This document shows positions 13,213 to 25,810 of a DNA stretch of 64,000 nucleotides, in pieces (position 1 is the stretch's first letter; each line of letters starts with the position of its first letter). The translations under genes and the position numbers were made by a program. The notes under the pieces were generated by a model. That model did no database searches, was not told the DNA's origin, and worked only from the letters and a program-made list of their open reading frames with translations. Origin of the DNA: Raillietiella orientalis (Eukaryota); assembly GCA_036172245.1 (NCBI GenBank), contig JAYWIR010000016.1, positions 1,736,001 through 1,800,000 of the forward strand, given 5' to 3'.

Positions 13213-14540
13213 TCATCCGACCACGTTCCAACAGCGCGCAGACTCTACCCACGGCGTAGTTTCCCGTAGCTGAAACTTCCCGAATTTGCGGGAGCAGGGC
13301 GAACCCCAGAGAAGTTGGCAGGCATCTGGGACCAAAGCCATCCAGTCCGGCTGCTGAGAGAGAGGCAGCTTCACAGAACGAACTCGTGGATGCGCAGAGC
13401 GCTTTCCGAACGATCACGGGCCGCGAGCTTTCCGGAGCAACGCCGAGGGAAGCATCTGGAGGGGAAAGTTGCAAGAAAAAAAAAAAAAAAAAAAGGAAAA
13501 CTTATTCCATATAAGCTGCGCTTCCGCCCGCATCATCTGCTTCAAAGGGTTTTCTCATCCCTGTCCGATGGAGCCTTCATCTAAGATATCAGGGTGCTTT
13601 GAAAACCTTCAGACCTGCGGAAATCTGCTCTGGGCGCCTTTCGCAGAGAATGATGGCTTCCAGGCTCGAAGACGGGAAAGGTCAAGTGCTGATAATTATA
13701 CAATGCGATGTGAATTTCTGGAGCTCATTTACCCGCTCCATTAAACGCGGAACAATGTCACCTCGGAGAAGAACGAACATGCTAACAGGTTCGTTGGTCT
13801 CTGGATCTGTTCGTCTTCAGCCTGCTTCCTTTTGTGTGTTTACTCTGCAATTATCACGAATCTACAAAAGGGGAACATTAAGCGAGTGTGTCGGCACACA
13901 CGGGGAAAAATCGTATCGGGCGCTGATGGTCCAACAGAAGAAAGGGGGAAAAGAGTGGAAGACGCGAAAGCCATGTGGGAAATGAACGGCGGTGATGCTC
14001 GGTACATATCGAAATTCCTCCACCATATAGCCGTCCAAAAATAGGGAAATCCTGATCTACAGCTTCGGCGTGCAAACCAACTTTCTGGGTCGGCGAGTGG
14101 CTGATCAAGAAGCACAGAGGAAGCATCTTTTCAGCTCCGTCTTTGCTCCAAGCATGTCAAAGAAATCCTCAGCGTCAAAGGCGCACTCCTGATGGGATGG
14201 GATCATCCTCAGGAGTTCATGGGCACCAAAAGGGATGCAGCGAAACAATAGCAGTTGAGGATTCGATCCATCTAAAAGTATGTTGGTGATGCACGTAGCC
14301 GGGACGACGCATATCTCGTTAATTGAGAGACTGGCAATGAGAGACCTCTATTCACTGTCGTTCTTTGAGCCCGCTTCGCAGGATCCAGCCAGAAAAAAAA
14401 ACAGTGCAAAGACACAGCATCCCTTTCCGCCTTCCCTAGTAGACACAACACGCTTCTCAAGCAAGCGGAGAGCAGAGAGGACACGTTCATGCCCAGGGGA
14501 AAGCGTCCTGGTCGTCTACTCCAGAGATTCATAACAGCGT

Positions 14541-16030
14541 TTTCACCCGGTTGCAACTAGGGTTCTTTTCTTTTTTTTTTTTCAAAGAACAGGTCACGTG
14601 GATTCCACCGGTCTTTGAAAAAGTTCAGGGAAAAAAAAAAAAGGCCAATTCACAGGCAGGTTGCGCAAAAGGGCAGGAAGGGTGTAGGAAAGGGGACAAT
14701 AATAGGCAAACAAAAGGGGGAAGGGACACGGGCCACCGGTCACACTCGACGAGACTTATGCAACCCGCGTGCGATGCAGGTGGAGTGTTCCTTGACTCTG
14801 ACGTCTTGACAGGCCATTTTGCCGCATCCCTCATTACTACGGAGTCGAGACGCGAGTGATTCTCCTCCCATTTTGCTGGAGAGCCTCCTCGATGTTCCGG
14901 GAAGTCGCGGTCTTCCTGACACAACGCAGGATCGGGGGCGATTGGGGAGGCAAGCGAAAGCCCGTCCCGCGAGAAGCAGAGTCGCAGAAGCCCTTCCGGG
15001 GGCGTCTTCGGATCGGAGTGGAGCAGCCGAGATGCGTTTCCGCGCGCTCCGAAGGTCACCGCATACTAGCAGCGGGTGCGCGGAAGTTTCGATTTCCCAG
15101 CAGCCAGGGCAGCTCGGGGAAGGGGATGGGAGAGGCACCGCTCCCCCTCGTCCAGAGGTGTCGTCGCTGGTTGAGCGGGAAGCCCCAGCTGCACGAGCAG
15201 CAAAGCTTCTTCGTGCTACCGCCTGAAGAGGTGTGCATGGAGCAGTTCAGATAAAAGGGAGGGCCTCACCATCCCCGACGATTCCGCCGAACGAGGCATC
15301 CCTTTCGCGCGGACACTGGGCATCGCAGCCTCAAGGCCATCTTCGACCCGCCCTCCACCGGCTCACCAACCTCGTCGCTCCCGCTACGAGATGACCCATC
15401 CTGCCAGTCGGCAACTGTTGTTTCTCTGCCGTAGGGAGGAGAGCGCTGCGACTAGTAGGGAAGGACTGACACTGGGATAAGTGGCCAGAGCCCTCTTCTT
15501 CCGGTCCATTTCCACTTTCAGTTCGTCGGCGGGTCCTGTCAACAACTCTGCGTCGGTCCTCTTGATGCAGGTCCAGGTGCTCACTGCTTCCTGATGCCAA
15601 ACGTTGTCTTTTGAGGGGTGGCAGGAGATCCAAGTATTTTCTTCTCAAAGGGCAGCGACCTTCCGTAATGGACCTTCCTTCTACCGAGCGCCTTCGTGCG
15701 GTCTCGGTAGCAGCGACGCCTTTTCCCCGCAACCGACCGTGCGTCTCACATTTCGCCTGCAGGCAGGCACCAAAGCCCCATCCATTTCTCGGCTGCCAAG
15801 GTCATCACCCTAAACTGGAGCTACACCTTCATCCCCTTAAGCATGAAGATGCCGTGTCCTGCACCCCTTCGTAGAGCGATCAGGTCTTTGAGGTCTTGAA
15901 GAGCCCCACAGCGCTTTCCGCAGGAGGCCGTTCGTGTTGAGACATGCATGACGGGAGCCAAACAAAAACTAAGGGTCCGGAAAAGGGGTAGAAAACGAAG
16001 GCGTTCCAAACGAAGGCGCCTTCTGGCTAG
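14541..16030 (-). mobile_element. Family B L1/Tx1-like 3' fragment B10 (old)
   Basis: Minus-strand EENTWISCHP (cf. EENTWIFCLP in B4) and CPGCWEIETSAHPLLVCGDLR zinc finger; terminal CCCTAGTTGCAACCGGGTGAAAA. Confidence 0.7.
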
Positions 16031-16187
16031 TACAGCTTGCCATCTTGGGGCGGTGTCAGCGCCACTTCTGCCTTCTGGAGGCTATCTAGAGAACTTCTGT
16101 AGAACGGAATTCTCCAGAGGGCACATCAAAGTATTTTATGATGCTACCCACGTTACCATGGGACCACCTAAGGTTAGATTCTGAGTT

Positions 16188-18066
16188 CGAAAAGCGAGAA
16201 ACCCATTGGCCCCGTTCCTCTTTTCCAGGAAACGGCGGCGTTCCGACAAACACCGCTCTCCTTCCTCTCCGACATCCTGCCAGCACACACCCCTCCCCCC
16301 CACGCGGAGACAAGCGCGGTGCGGAGGCGTTTCCGTAGTCACCGCGATGGCTCTCCCCTTTCTCTCTCTTCCCCCACGAGACCGAGGTCACGCAAGCGAA
16401 CGACGCGATGCCACGGGCCGACTCGCAGCTAGCGCCGTTCCCCGACCGCCGAAACGCGGCAGACGAAGGCCGACGCCATCCATGGCGAGCGACGAGCACC
16501 GCCACCGCCAGCCTCTCCAGAGGGCGGCTGCTCCTCCGATCCGAAACGGGCGCTGCGTCGACGGGAGGCAAGACGGAGGAGAACGCGAGCTCGCAGGGAG
16601 CGCACTCGCCTCACCCCCCTCTGCGTGCATGCGCTCACCGGAATTCCCGGCTTCCGCCCCGTCCCTACGACTGAGCACACCCGAGCAAGGAAGTGGCGAA
16701 CGGGTGCCCAGCATTCAGCCTGCCTTTCTGCCCGGACCGCTTCGTTCCCTCAAGTCCCGGCCAGTTCCTTACAGCCAGGAAACGAAGCGACGGAAACGAA
16801 CCGAGCGAGCGCTCCAGTCGAGGCCGAAGGCAAGGGATTCGCTGGAAGCACCGACCTGGCGGGCGAGCCAAAGCAAGGCAAGGACGCGCCACTCGTCCCT
16901 TGCATTCGTCCACTCGTCGGTCAGGACACCGGAGACATGCCCACGGCAACAGACGACGACGACGAGCCAACCGATCCATCCCGAGTCCGGAAGGCGCTCG
17001 CCGCGGAAGCCGGCAACGAACGAGCGCCACCGACTTGCCCGCGTCCTGGAATTCCACCTGCGGTTCCGATCGCCACCGGAGCTCGCGCCCCCTTCCCCGG
17101 GAACGAGGGACGTCTTCCTGGAGACTCTACGAAGCGGAAGACCACCATGCTCAGTTCCAAGCGTCCGAGCGTGATCAACGAAGCGCGGCTTCGCTCGAAG
17201 AGGACGAGAAGCCACGAAGGCGAACACGGCGGCCTCTTGTCTCCGCAGTTCCCGCGGGACAAGAGGCGCTTCCTGTTTCCTCCCGCGCACGAGGAGGCGA
17301 TCGCTTCCTCATCCGGGCCGTCGACCGGCCGAGAGGACCGCTTCCCGCTCCCCATTCCACGACGTCAGGACTCCCCCGGCTGCCGCCCAAGAGCCGCGCT
17401 GGCTCCCTTCCTTAATGGAAACGAGCATCTCTCTCGGAAATGCGTCTTCCCGGCATGCGCGCCGCAAGCAGCGGTCCGTCGTCAGCAGGCAGCTGACGAG
17501 GACCGCAGCCTCGCCCGGGGTTCGGCACGAGCAGCTACGAAGGGGCGCTCGCACCCTTCCCCTCATCGCTGCTCGCACCCTCGTCAGCACGCTCGCGCGC
17601 AACGAAAAGGCCGGCGCGGGGCCGTTGCCGTGGATCCCGGCCCACCAGGCCGAACGGGCGCCGCGACGTCCGCTCGACCTGCTTCCGTCCAGCTGGGTGA
17701 GCTCCTCCGGCGCGGCATCCAGCTGACCGCACGCGCGACCGGCGCCCGCCTTCCCGCACCGCTCCCTCATCACCGGGTGCCGCGAGACTCGCTGCCCCGA
17801 ACGGGATGACGCATCGGGCAGGCATCAGCCACCCGCCGCGGGGGAGCGGAAGGCGAGGAAGGCCGGCTGCCCCTCCCCCATGCAGCATTGCTCTTCTCCA
17901 CCGGTTCGCGCTCGGCGTGCTCCGCGACGCTCGCTGAGAAAATCCCCGATTGCTCCGAAGATAATGAGGTAATCTCGTTTGATGACCGAGGTACCATTGT
18001 CTCCAAGACAAAAAGGAAAATGACGAGGAAGGAGACAAAAAAACAAAGGGTTTGCCCATGTGGTAA
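16188..18066. repeat. GC/CpG-rich interspersed repeat, copy 2 (~1.88 kb)
   Basis: 16622-18064 matches 1-1442; GC-rich composition extends left to ~16190; candidate 6-bp TSD TGAGTT at 16182-16187 and 18067-18072. Confidence 0.8.
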
Positions 18067-18809
18067 TGAGTTTTGGGATCAGGAAAGGTGATAGTGCTAA
18101 TGGGGACGCCTGTGCGGGAAATTTTTAGCTGGCATCCTCATGGTTGCTGATAGCAGATTGACTTTCGTTTTCAGTCTTGGTATTCTGCGCTAAAGTGGAG
18201 AAAGAGAACGGGCAGTGGAAGAATAAATAATTAGTGGATGAGGAGTGATACACTTTCGACCGTTATTGAAATAGAAAGTGTCCTGGAGATGGAGAATTGA
18301 TTGTGTGTCCTGCTGCGCGTAGATAGGATACAGCTGCTGATTAAATTAGAAGAATTCAGTGGGACAGCAGGACGAAAGCCATCGGACCGAACTCTAAATG
18401 GGACACTCATCAATGCCGGAACAAATGCATGTCTTTGAGTTTTAGTTCCGGACAAATCTCATTAAAGCCTTTTGGCTTTAGTAAGGAGGAAGATCAAGCC
18501 CAGTGAGTGCTCGTCATCGTGGTTCGAATCTGCGATTAGAAGGCTCCTTGGCTAATACCTCCTTGCCTCTAGGGGTTCCCCTGTTTTTTGGTTAGCTTAG
18601 AAGCAAGATGTTAGGATATGTTAGGATGTTAGGATGGATAGGATCGCAATCTTGAACTAAGTGGTTCGAGTGCCCTTTTGGGGGAGTGGAAGGCGTGGGC
18701 GGTTTTGCAGAGGCCCAGACGTGCTTAGAGTCCCAGATTGACTACAGCAAGTAACGTGACTCCCTCAGTTTTCGTGAAGATGATTATCCCCGAAAGTCAA
18801 GTACAAATC

Positions 18810-19048
18810 AATTTTCACAACTAGAGGGGACTTGATCCCTCGAAGGACCCCGGAGGGTCAGCTTCCAACTCCAGCCAGCCAACAGGAGCATCTGGTTTCC
18901 GGCTATTTCCACCAGTGCTGCACGAGAGGCCTTCAGGCCAACCAACGTCATCCTGCGGAGGAGGGGACCCTCGAAACCCACGACGCTTACGCATTTCTCG
19001 GCACAGCTTCTTCCCCGAGAGGATTTCGAACCCACGCGCGGAGACCTC
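18810..19048 (-). mobile_element. Family A SINE copy A2 (5' part)
   Basis: Reverse complement shows GGGTTCGAAATCC, GCCGAGAAATG, GTCGTGGGTTTCGAG and GCCGGAAACCAGATGC. Confidence 0.7.
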
Positions 19049-19886
19049 TGCTGCACGGGCGCTGACGCTCCTGTATTTGGCCTTCCTCTCTTTACCACGC
19101 TCCTTCCAACGCTGTTGCCGAGTTCTCGCGAGGGGCAGGAAGCATCAGCTGGCCTTCTGGAGCACTGAGTCTAGGAAGTGACCCAAGTCGTCTTTCAGGA
19201 TTGGTGGGTTCGAGACAGTACCTCTCTCCCACTTTCTCTACTTCTCCGACTAGATTGACGGAACCGTGGTGTCTCCTGGGATGCGGAAGCTGGAGTTTTC
19301 GCGAGCAGTGATTTAAGGAATGTCAAGTACTCTTTTCATGTAAAGAGCCATCAGTGACCAGCAATGGATCCACCCACAGATGGGAGTGTAAATTCTCTGA
19401 TCGCAGGGTGTCTCTGAAACGTTTCGTTTACAACGAGCGTTGTATTCGTAGGAAAACGCTGCCCGTCGTTTTCACCAATAGTTTCAGAGTCACCACTCCG
19501 CCGTCCTTGCGTGACCCTGAAGTAGCTGTCTGCCGAGGCTGAAAGCGGAATGATGGAAATGGAGAAGTTTTAGGTCCCACCGATACTCTCTGAACTACAT
19601 TGCAGCCTTCCATCTTATACAAGACTGCGGTGCAAAGCGGAGACGATCCCCGCTGGCTACGAACAAGGTTCCCGTTGCATCTGTCGTGAACTGTCTCTTC
19701 CTAGAACGGAATTGGCGGATTTCTTTTCCTCTTGTTGGATGCAGTTTGAGGGAGGGGGAAGGGGGATTTGTCGGCAGAGGCGACCCTCGTAAATGCCAGG
19801 GAAATCTCCGGTGGGATGGAGCGAACTGATGGCAAAGAGAATCCACACGGTGGTAGGTTTGTTTTACCATCGACGAGCGACTGTGC

Positions 19887-21251
19887 CTCTGAAGGACTTT
19901 TGAGCTCCGAGTCCGGATGGCGGTCTCGGACTCCTGACGCTGGAGCGGATGGAGAATCAGCTGCGATGTCGAACATTGGCCATCGCAGCTAAGTTCTGGA
20001 GCACCCATTGGTGCGTTCCGGCCCGCCTCCTCGCCAGCCGTGTATCCAGAGCGGGAGGGCTGTCATCTTTTATTCTGTGCCGCGGCCGGAAAATAAGAAG
20101 ATGTGGCCTTCTCCTCGGACGCATGGCCACCCTGGCCAAGGAGAACGGCTGGATGGTCTGCAGCCCCGCCAACCCCAGCGCATGGCTGGAAGAAGCAGTT
20201 GTTACGTGGACGAAGCTCAACCAGTACGGAGGTGAATCCTGGAACCGCCTGCGATCCGGCATCTACGCCCGCTGCACGCTGCGGAAGATGCTTGAGTGTC
20301 CCGCCAGGAGCACGTGGGCGGAGACGACTCCACTGACCACGGCGCTGCCCTTCTTTAGGAGGGCGCTAGGCAGCAGCCGAACGCCGAGGTGGCAAGTCTC
20401 CTGCCGGATAATAGGCAGGAAGAAGACGTTAAGCGTCTGGACCATGAGGGAGCTCACCGACGCCGCGACGCCGAGCGTCCTTCCTCGAGGACTACAGAGA
20501 TAAGGCGAGCTGCTGGGCATCCCTTCGGATGACCTAAAGTGGACCTTGGTGTTTACAGACTCATCCACGCTCCCCCTCAGGTGGCAGGAGTCGCCACTCC
20601 TGCTGCTGCACTGGGGTCTCCCCTGCAACGCGCGCCGCCACCACTGGAAGCTGGGGAAGGTGAGGCCGAACTGTGCGGGGAAAAGGAATCCCTCTTCCAC
20701 CTGATAGTGGATTGCGATGCCCTCCGGCCCTTGTGGGAACGTTTTGCGACGACCCTCCGGATGTCGGTCGGCAGCCCCCCCCCCCCCCCCAGAGACGTTG
20801 TACGCCTCTTCGTGCGAGACACCCTGCAACCAGCCTCAGCCCTGGCAGCGCTCTTCTGCCTCCGAGGGATTGTGGCTGCATGGAGGGCAGCCAACAGTGG
20901 AAGCAGCGGAAGGGATGCCATCGTACACGCGTCTCGCTACCTGCGAATCGCGATTGGATGGCCCCATCTGGGAAGTACTCAGAGGGACCTCGAAGGCATC
21001 CTGCAAAGGATAGACCCTCCCAACAGCGGACTGTGATCCCTTCCCGGCCCTCCAAAGTGTTTCTTTTTTTTTGTTTCCTTTTATTTTCATTTTGTTTTTT
21101 CCCCCATCCCCCTCCGCTGTCGAAGAGAGTCGCGCCGGTCTACGTACCGGCGATCCGGCAGGTCCCGAGATGTATTAGTCGTAGGGGGCCTCGTACCACG
21201 AATGTACAGTGTTGTCAACAAATGCCCCGCCGTGACCGGCTGGCACTTTCT
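19887..21251 (+). mobile_element. Family B L1/Tx1-like 3' fragment B2
   Basis: DGGLGLL motif then zf-RVT-like LCGEKESLFHLIVDCDALRPLW; perfect 14-bp TSD ACGAGCGACTGTGC at 19873-19886 and 21252-21265; no poly(A). Confidence 0.85.
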
Positions 21252-22995
21252 ACGAGCGACTGTGCTGGGGAAGATGAAAGACGAATGTCACCTCATGCGG
21301 AGAGGTCCCGACTGGAGCGGATGATGCTAAAGGGTTCCTCAGGACGACTGGGGTGGAAATTTGGAACGAATCTCCATTAGCGAGAGCATCTCCTTTCACA
21401 CCTTTCCTGACTGGGCAGCTCTTCTGCAACCACCGGTGCTGAGATACCTGTTAGTCCTCGATCTTCTCACCTTACTTGTTTATTTATTTGGTCCTGCATC
21501 CTTTGCCACTTCTTAAGCGTCGTCTTCCGTATTATTCGCTCCTTTCGACTAGTGGCAAATTTTACTCATATTTAAATGAACGGCCCGGCATGTCCGGAAT
21601 GAAAAGGCGTTGGGTTGGTAAGCGGTGTCAGGTCTCCGGGCGCTAGATGAGAAGCCATTTTGCAGCAGTGAGATTGCTTCAGTTAAGAAGTTCCACGAGA
21701 GTGCAGTCACGGAAAATATCAGGAACCGACAGTAGTCACGTGGTCCCGGGAGCGACTTCGCCCGCCGAAATCCTCAGGGAGAACTCAACTTCATGTGAGC
21801 CAAAGCACCACAGTGGTCTGAAGGAGCTGCACGCCGATGAGATGCAAGAACTGTTTCAGAGAAGGATGATGTAACTTCTCTTGTGGACGCAGGTGGATCC
21901 AAGGGAGATGAGGTGCTATAGTGCAGGAGCTAACCGATGCTCATTCGGAAGTCGAGTGCTTGTTGAGGAGGATTCCTTTAGTTGTGATCAAGCTCTAAAG
22001 ATTGTACACATGTTTTATGTGCACAAGAACTGGTACTGCACGATGGACCGAAAGATAAACGGTGCCTTCAATTGCAGGAGTTACTCTTCATCCTGCAAAG
22101 GCAACTAGCGGAAGCATCCTTTCTGGAAATACATTGCCTCAATGGAACTTCAGGAACAATCCTTCAGCCTTCAGAAAGCGGGACACCGGCAGCCTGCTTT
22201 TCCATAGGAGAAACGATCCCCGGTCCAGAGCCAACATCCGACTGGGAGAGGATATCCTAACCCTCAGCCGACCTGCACCGGGCAGTAATCTTGCACAAAG
22301 GCTTCCAGAAGACCAGCTGAGACCAGCTCGCCTTCCTCAATCCCCTCACGGACCCTGCCTACTTTCGGACGCTCTCCAAGCCCAAGTCGAAGTCGTCCTC
22401 CCCGAGTGAGTATGGCAGGGTAGCCAGGAGCAACACCCTTGCTTCCATCAACACATAGAGGCGATTTTCCCCTATTTTTTCCCTACGACAGGACTTCTTC
22501 CTTGGATATCTCGTTATGGCGAAGGATGGGGCCAGGCGGGAGTCTTTCTATGTTTCCGGGTTCCGGCGCGTCTTCCAATCCTCACTCGCTCTCCCTGCAC
22601 ATGTTGCAGCGCGACTAAAAGAACAGGAGCAAGCGGAAAGCGGACTAATCTCTCCCAATCGCCAATTGCATCGGTAGGAAATTAGAGTACGCCAAGACAA
22701 ACGAATGACGGAATGAGCGAGGGATAAAGATCACACCTCCACTGGCTGAGGGTATGCTGAGAGTATGCTGCCAAAAGAGGAAGCACGGATGCACTTCACA
22801 ATCTGATAGAGAGGGAACTGCTCGTCTCTTGAATTGACAGTGGCAAGACAGCGGAGGAGTTCATCAACCGTCGAGGCACAATGCTCCGTGTGGACAAGAG
22901 ATGACAGAGAGAGGAAGAAAGAAGTACCATAATGGCCATGAACACTCCCTCCGGATTTAGGTCGAGAGCTTAAGGAAAAGGGGTTAAGAGTCTGG

Positions 22996-24247
22996 TTTAT
23001 CACCTGGTCACTCCAAGATGTTTATTATAAAAAATAAACATACATGTGTAGGGCCGTCAGACCTACATTCTCCGAAAATGTTCGGAACCTGTTGAATAAC
23101 CGGCACGCAGGCCGGCGAGGTTCGCCTGGCAGCGGAGGAGGAGGGGCAAACAAAAATAAAAATAAAACAAAAATATATACAGAAAAAATTGGGAGTGTTA
23201 GGGTAAGGACCTCCGGGTGCTGGAGGACGTCCTCTGCATCCTTTCCAGGATGACGGCAAATTCCAGTATGCCCCAGGTGGGACCCATCTTCCTGCCGTCC
23301 TCACGAAGAGCAGGGAGAAACAGATGGCGTCCCTATTGCGCCGTCTTCCTCTCGCGTGGTTCCAGACCTCTGCCAGAATCCCGCGTAGGCAGCAAAGAGC
23401 TGCTAGGGATGTGCTAGGCGAAAGGGCATCGCGCACGAAGAGGTGCTTCATCACGTCCCTGGAATTGTCCGTTGGTGCACCAAGGGCCCTTGCGTAACGC
23501 AACCACAGGGGCCGGAGGGCAACACAGTGTACAAGCAGATGCGGAAGGATTTTCGTTCCCCACACCTGCAATAGTTGGGGTCCACAGCCCGCTGGGTCCG
23601 GTGAGACCGACGGGCGTTTCAGGGGATACCCTAGTGCAACAGCAAAAGTGCCGACTCCTGCCAATTCAGGGGGAGGATCCGGTTGTTCTTCAGCGCTGGG
23701 GGCCACTCGAGGTCTTCCTGTAGGATTTCCAGCAACTCACCCCAGCTCAGCTGTCCCTTTGGTGGGGTATTTGGGGTCGCTGCGTCCGTAAGCTGGCCCG
23801 TGGTTCAACCACCTAATTCCTTCGTCCGAAGACCGATCTCACAACTGACCTCCCATTTGGCCTGCTGGTTAGTGCCCTGGTGCTCTCTGAGAGAGGGCAG
23901 TGCCGCTGCTAGGGATGTTCTTTGCGTCCACGCACACGTGGTGGGCTGCACGATGACGTCCTCCAGCGAGCGGTTGCTGTAGGAGTGCAGCAGTCTCCGC
24001 CGCATCTCCGGGCTCGCTTGGTTTTTCTTGGCGACCGGCTTCCTGCAACCAGGCACTACCTTTGCGGGCAGGCAGAAGATCCAGGTGTTCGTCCTGGTCA
24101 GCTTGGCCACTCTCTGAAGCTCCAGTTCGCAGTCGGACACGTGGCGTGGGCGCTGCCGCGCCAGGAACGAAACAGTCCCGTGTAGCCAGTGGTTCGCTTG
24201 ACCAGGTATCTTGCGGGCTCGCACCAGTTCGTCCTCCAATTTCGTGC
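22996..24247 (-). mobile_element. Family B L1/Tx1-like 3' fragment B3
   Basis: PHLLVHCVALRPLW zinc-finger region; nearly identical to B5; imperfect TSD TAAGAGTCTGG (22985-22995) / TAAGAGCTTGG (24248-24258). Confidence 0.85.
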
Positions 24248-25099
24248 TAAGAGCTTGGGGTGCAACCATCCGCGAAAGAAGCTGAGGATAGGATGGAACA
24301 AGATGGTAGCGAGAAAACGCACAGAATGATGGGCCGGACAGAAGGAGATAGGAGGATTGACCAGAGTGACGAAAGAGATCTTACTCAACGAGGCTGAGGA
24401 AAGCAACTTTCTTCTTTCCAGTCACCAATACCCCAACGCTGGTTGGGGTGGGTGGTGTTTGCTTCATTCTTTCTTATGCGCATTTTTTACATGCATCATT
24501 GTGAGCTGTGGAGCGTCGCATTCATTTTTAGTTCCATCCCGGAAAACAATGAATGCATCCATAAGAAAGGTGTGACTCTTCTATTTCAAACGGCTTATAA
24601 GGTGGATACAGTGTGATGCAGAGAAGACTTACTCTTTTCAGGACATCCAGAAAGCGTTCCCGATCCAGAAAAATCCCTCCAGAGTGCTGTCTCACCAGAA
24701 ATCTTCATCACACATCCTATGCAAGTAAGTTTTGTAAGCAAAGATGATGACTCCTTTGAGTGGCGATTATGATTCGTGGTTGCAACTCTGAAGTAGTCGC
24801 TGCAGGATTCATGCACGATGAGTGACTGCGAAGGGCAGCTCATGTACTTCCGGGTGCTTGCCCTCAGCATTCGGGAGTTTGTTTTATACGTTTAGGTTTG
24901 CTGAAGGTGATCCTAGGTGTTCCTCCACGCCGAAGTGCTCGGGAAGCTGTTGTTGTCTGTTCCAGCCCTCTAGGCAACCTCAAGTCCACCAAGATCAGAA
25001 GTGCATCGACCAAACATTGGAGTAAGCTGCTGTCCCGGCCGTGTCCAGAGTCCACCCCATGAGAACGCAATCAGCTCATCAATGCAGCCACACATCCTG

Positions 25100-25810
25100 C
25101 GTCGGCGGCAGGTTTGGCGCGTGGTGCCAAGCGTTGCGGGTTCGAATCTCCTAGGTGGAGGATCGACGCCGAGAAATGGGGACGCTTTGAGGGTCTCCCC
25201 TGCAGGATGACGTTGGTTGGATTGTAGGCCTCGGGTGCTGCACTGGTGTAAGCAGCCGGAAACCGGATGCCCTGCTGACTGACCGGTATTGGAAATCGAC
25301 CCTCCCGGGGTCCTTCCAGGAATCGAGGATCCCTTCCCCTCAGGTTGCGAAAATGGAACCATCCCTCTCCTCGGGGGGTTGCCTCTTCAGAGTGTAAGAA
25401 GCGCGCTGCTTCATTCGCGGAGCACCCTTCAGGGAAATTGGGGAGCGTCCCTTCGGGTTTCTCTTCAGAGGAGCAACAAGGAGCGGTTCCCTTGCGGGTT
25501 CCCTCAGGAGGAGAAATTCCAGGAGCGGATCCTTCCCGGGTTCCCTTAGGAGAAGAAATGTGGAATGGCCCTATCCAGTGGCCTCTCCCTTGTTCTCCCG
25601 AGGGAACAAGGAAGAGACGTCCTTCGGGATTTCCGAGCAGGAGTAACAGGAGCGGACTCCTTATTCCGGCACCTTCCTGGATTCATAGGCTGGTCCCTCT
25701 GACTTGAAAAGTTACTATATGCACCCTCGTGTGGTGTGGACAGCGTTAAAGAGCTTCGTGCCCTCCCCTCCCTAAGTCGGTGGACGGTTCTTCACTACTT
25801 AGCGAATCAA
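25100..25810 (+). mobile_element. Family A SINE copy A3 (near full length)
   Basis: B-box GGTTCGAATC at ~25139, GCAGCCGGAAACCGGATGC, hairpin array ~25420-25670, 3' AAAGAGCTTCGTG. Confidence 0.8.

Noticed and set aside
25420..25670. SINE hairpin array as a CRISPR array
   Set aside because: Units are adjacent and degenerate with no unique spacers, there are no cas genes, and the context is a eukaryotic dispersed repeat.
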